Assembly (NCBI GenBank): GCA_016840065.1
Contig: JAEOTB010000007.1
Span: forward strand, 1 to 27,275
From: Candidatus Hermodarchaeota archaeon
GTDB lineage: Archaea > Asgardarchaeota > Hermodarchaeia > Hermodarchaeales > Hermodarchaeaceae
Direction of reading: 5' to 3'
Length of the DNA stretch: 27,275 nucleotides
This document shows positions 26,025 through 27,275 of the stretch, piece by piece. The notes beneath the pieces are model-generated. The model was given only the letters and a program-made list of their open reading frames with translations, did no database searches and was not told where the DNA came from. The position numbers were made by a program, and so were the translations under genes. Numbering within the stretch: the first letter of the stretch is position 1; the number at the start of each line of letters is the position of its first letter.

Positions 26025-27275
26025 TTGAGTGATAAGTCCTCGTCGAGACCACCACTGGTTGGTGAAAAGGGGAGTGGATTGTATGTTGTTAGCTATGTTG
26101 GTGGCAGTCTACGCAAGCACAAAATGCGATCACTAAGTCTCTTACTAGGTGTTGTTATCGGAGTTGCCCTAGTGGCTAGTGTTTTTGTGTGGACTGACAC
26201 TGGTACAAGAGTTGCTATTGATGATTACTTTGAAGACAACATCTTCCAGTTCGCTGTGACTCCTCAAGGGGGTACAAACCCACCAGATATTAGTTCTATC
26301 CAGACATGGGCGACAAATCAGTACCTAACGGAGTCTTCATTCATCGTACATCGCACTTACGGATTCTTTGGTATTGAAGACATGAACAATAGTGCGCCGT
26401 ACATGCCACCCGCCGCTCCTTACCCGTACACCTACGGCATCAAAGATGCTGAAGTACTATTAGTGACACAGACTTTTCTTGATGTAATAGCTAGAAAATT
26501 TAACGTGTCCTCAGGCTCTTTTTCAGTACAACCTGATCAATGTCTGGTCAGCGAAAGAGTTGTCGATGATATCTATGACATTCTTAACTATACGATTTCC
26601 GTCGGAGATACCATTGACTTTGCCCTTGCTCAAGATTACAGCTTCAGCCCTTACCCTGCCACATTAGGTGGCATCAATCGATTGAACCTAACGGGAATAG
26701 AGGTTGCAGGCATATATAGCATCACACCAGCCGACGATGTTCTCTACAGTGCCTTCTCCGGGACTCGTCGAAGAAACTATCCCAGTTCTGGCGAGGAACA
26801 GATATTTGGCTGGAATGACGGAGTTATCATGCACCGTGATCAACCAGGAGTTAATCTAGTAACAATTTCCGATGAAGTGCACCAGTCAACGCTACTTATC
26901 CGGGTTAACCCTACAGTAGCTCTCAGCTTTGGGATTGAGAATGTACCTCAACTTCTTAGCAACTACAAACTCCGACTCGGAGTAGACTTTCTAGGCGGAG
27001 TATCTGTTGTTGGAGAACGCCAAATCTTGTATCTGTCACAATACATACAAGCCTACCAGTCAAGACGCACCATGGGTGTCCTAGTAGCGCCTGTGATAGT
27101 TCTCTCAGTATTCTTAACCACCTTTGCAACCAACATCTTTCTCAGCGGCCGACGAGCTGAAGTAGCAATTCTCCGAGCCCGAGGAGCTAGCTTTCGCCAG
27201 CTCTATGCCGCCTTTATATTGGAATTTATAGTCATTGGAATCATCGGGTTAGTTATAGGTTCAATACTCAGTCTA
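26025..27275 (+). CDS. FtsX/MacB-like ABC transporter permease, 3' truncated by the window edge
   Basis: Not in the ORF track because it has no stop in the window. The frame is open from TTG 26025 to the end: LRKHKMRSLSLLLGVVIGVALVASV (TM1), a large extracellular domain with N-x-S/T sequons (NNS, NVS, NYT, NLT), then RRAEVAILRARGASFRQLYAAFILEFIVIGIIGLVIG (FtsX motif). Confidence 0.9.
   Translation, partial: MSDKSSSRPPLVGEKGSGLYVVSYVGGSLRKHKMRSLSLLLGVVIGVALVASVFVWTDTGTRVAIDDYFEDNIFQFAVTPQGGTNPPDISSIQTWATNQYLTESSFIVHRTYGFFGIEDMNNSAPYMPPAAPYPYTYGIKDAEVLLVTQTFLDVIARKFNVSSGSFSVQPDQCLVSERVVDDIYDILNYTISVGDTIDFALAQDYSFSPYPATLGGINRLNLTGIEVAGIYSITPADDVLYSAFSGTRRRNYPSSGEEQIFGWNDGVIMHRDQPGVNLVTISDEVHQSTLLIRVNPTVALSFGIENVPQLLSNYKLRLGVDFLGGVSVVGERQILYLSQYIQAYQSRRTMGVLVAPVIVLSVFLTTFATNIFLSGRRAEVAILRARGASFRQLYAAFILEFIVIGIIGLVIGSILSL

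Overview
Archaeal genomic window, most likely from an Asgard archaeon. This is inferred from a two-domain gelsolin, a class I LysRS of the HVGR type, an F420/flavin LLM oxidoreductase and a TAT-less reductive dehalogenase. Left part: the 3' end of a (AGPPT)n proline-repeat protein ending in a WH2-like helix, a small hypothetical gene, lysS, hflX, the gelsolin, a reductive dehalogenase fused to an RLI/ABCE1-type ferredoxin domain, and an M20 amidohydrolase. From 7721 onward all credible genes are on the + strand: an apparently circularly permuted MscL, a lysine-ketoglutarate reductase and a saccharopine dehydrogenase in the same frame and separated by one TGA, a membrane protein, an LLM oxidoreductase and a hypothetical protein. 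Then comes the most striking feature, a tandem array of seven intact, diverged GH3-family acyl-acid amido synthetase paralogs (about 11.4 kb), followed directly by a LolD/MacB-FtsX-type ABC transporter. All family assignments come from motif recognition by eye; no database search was run.
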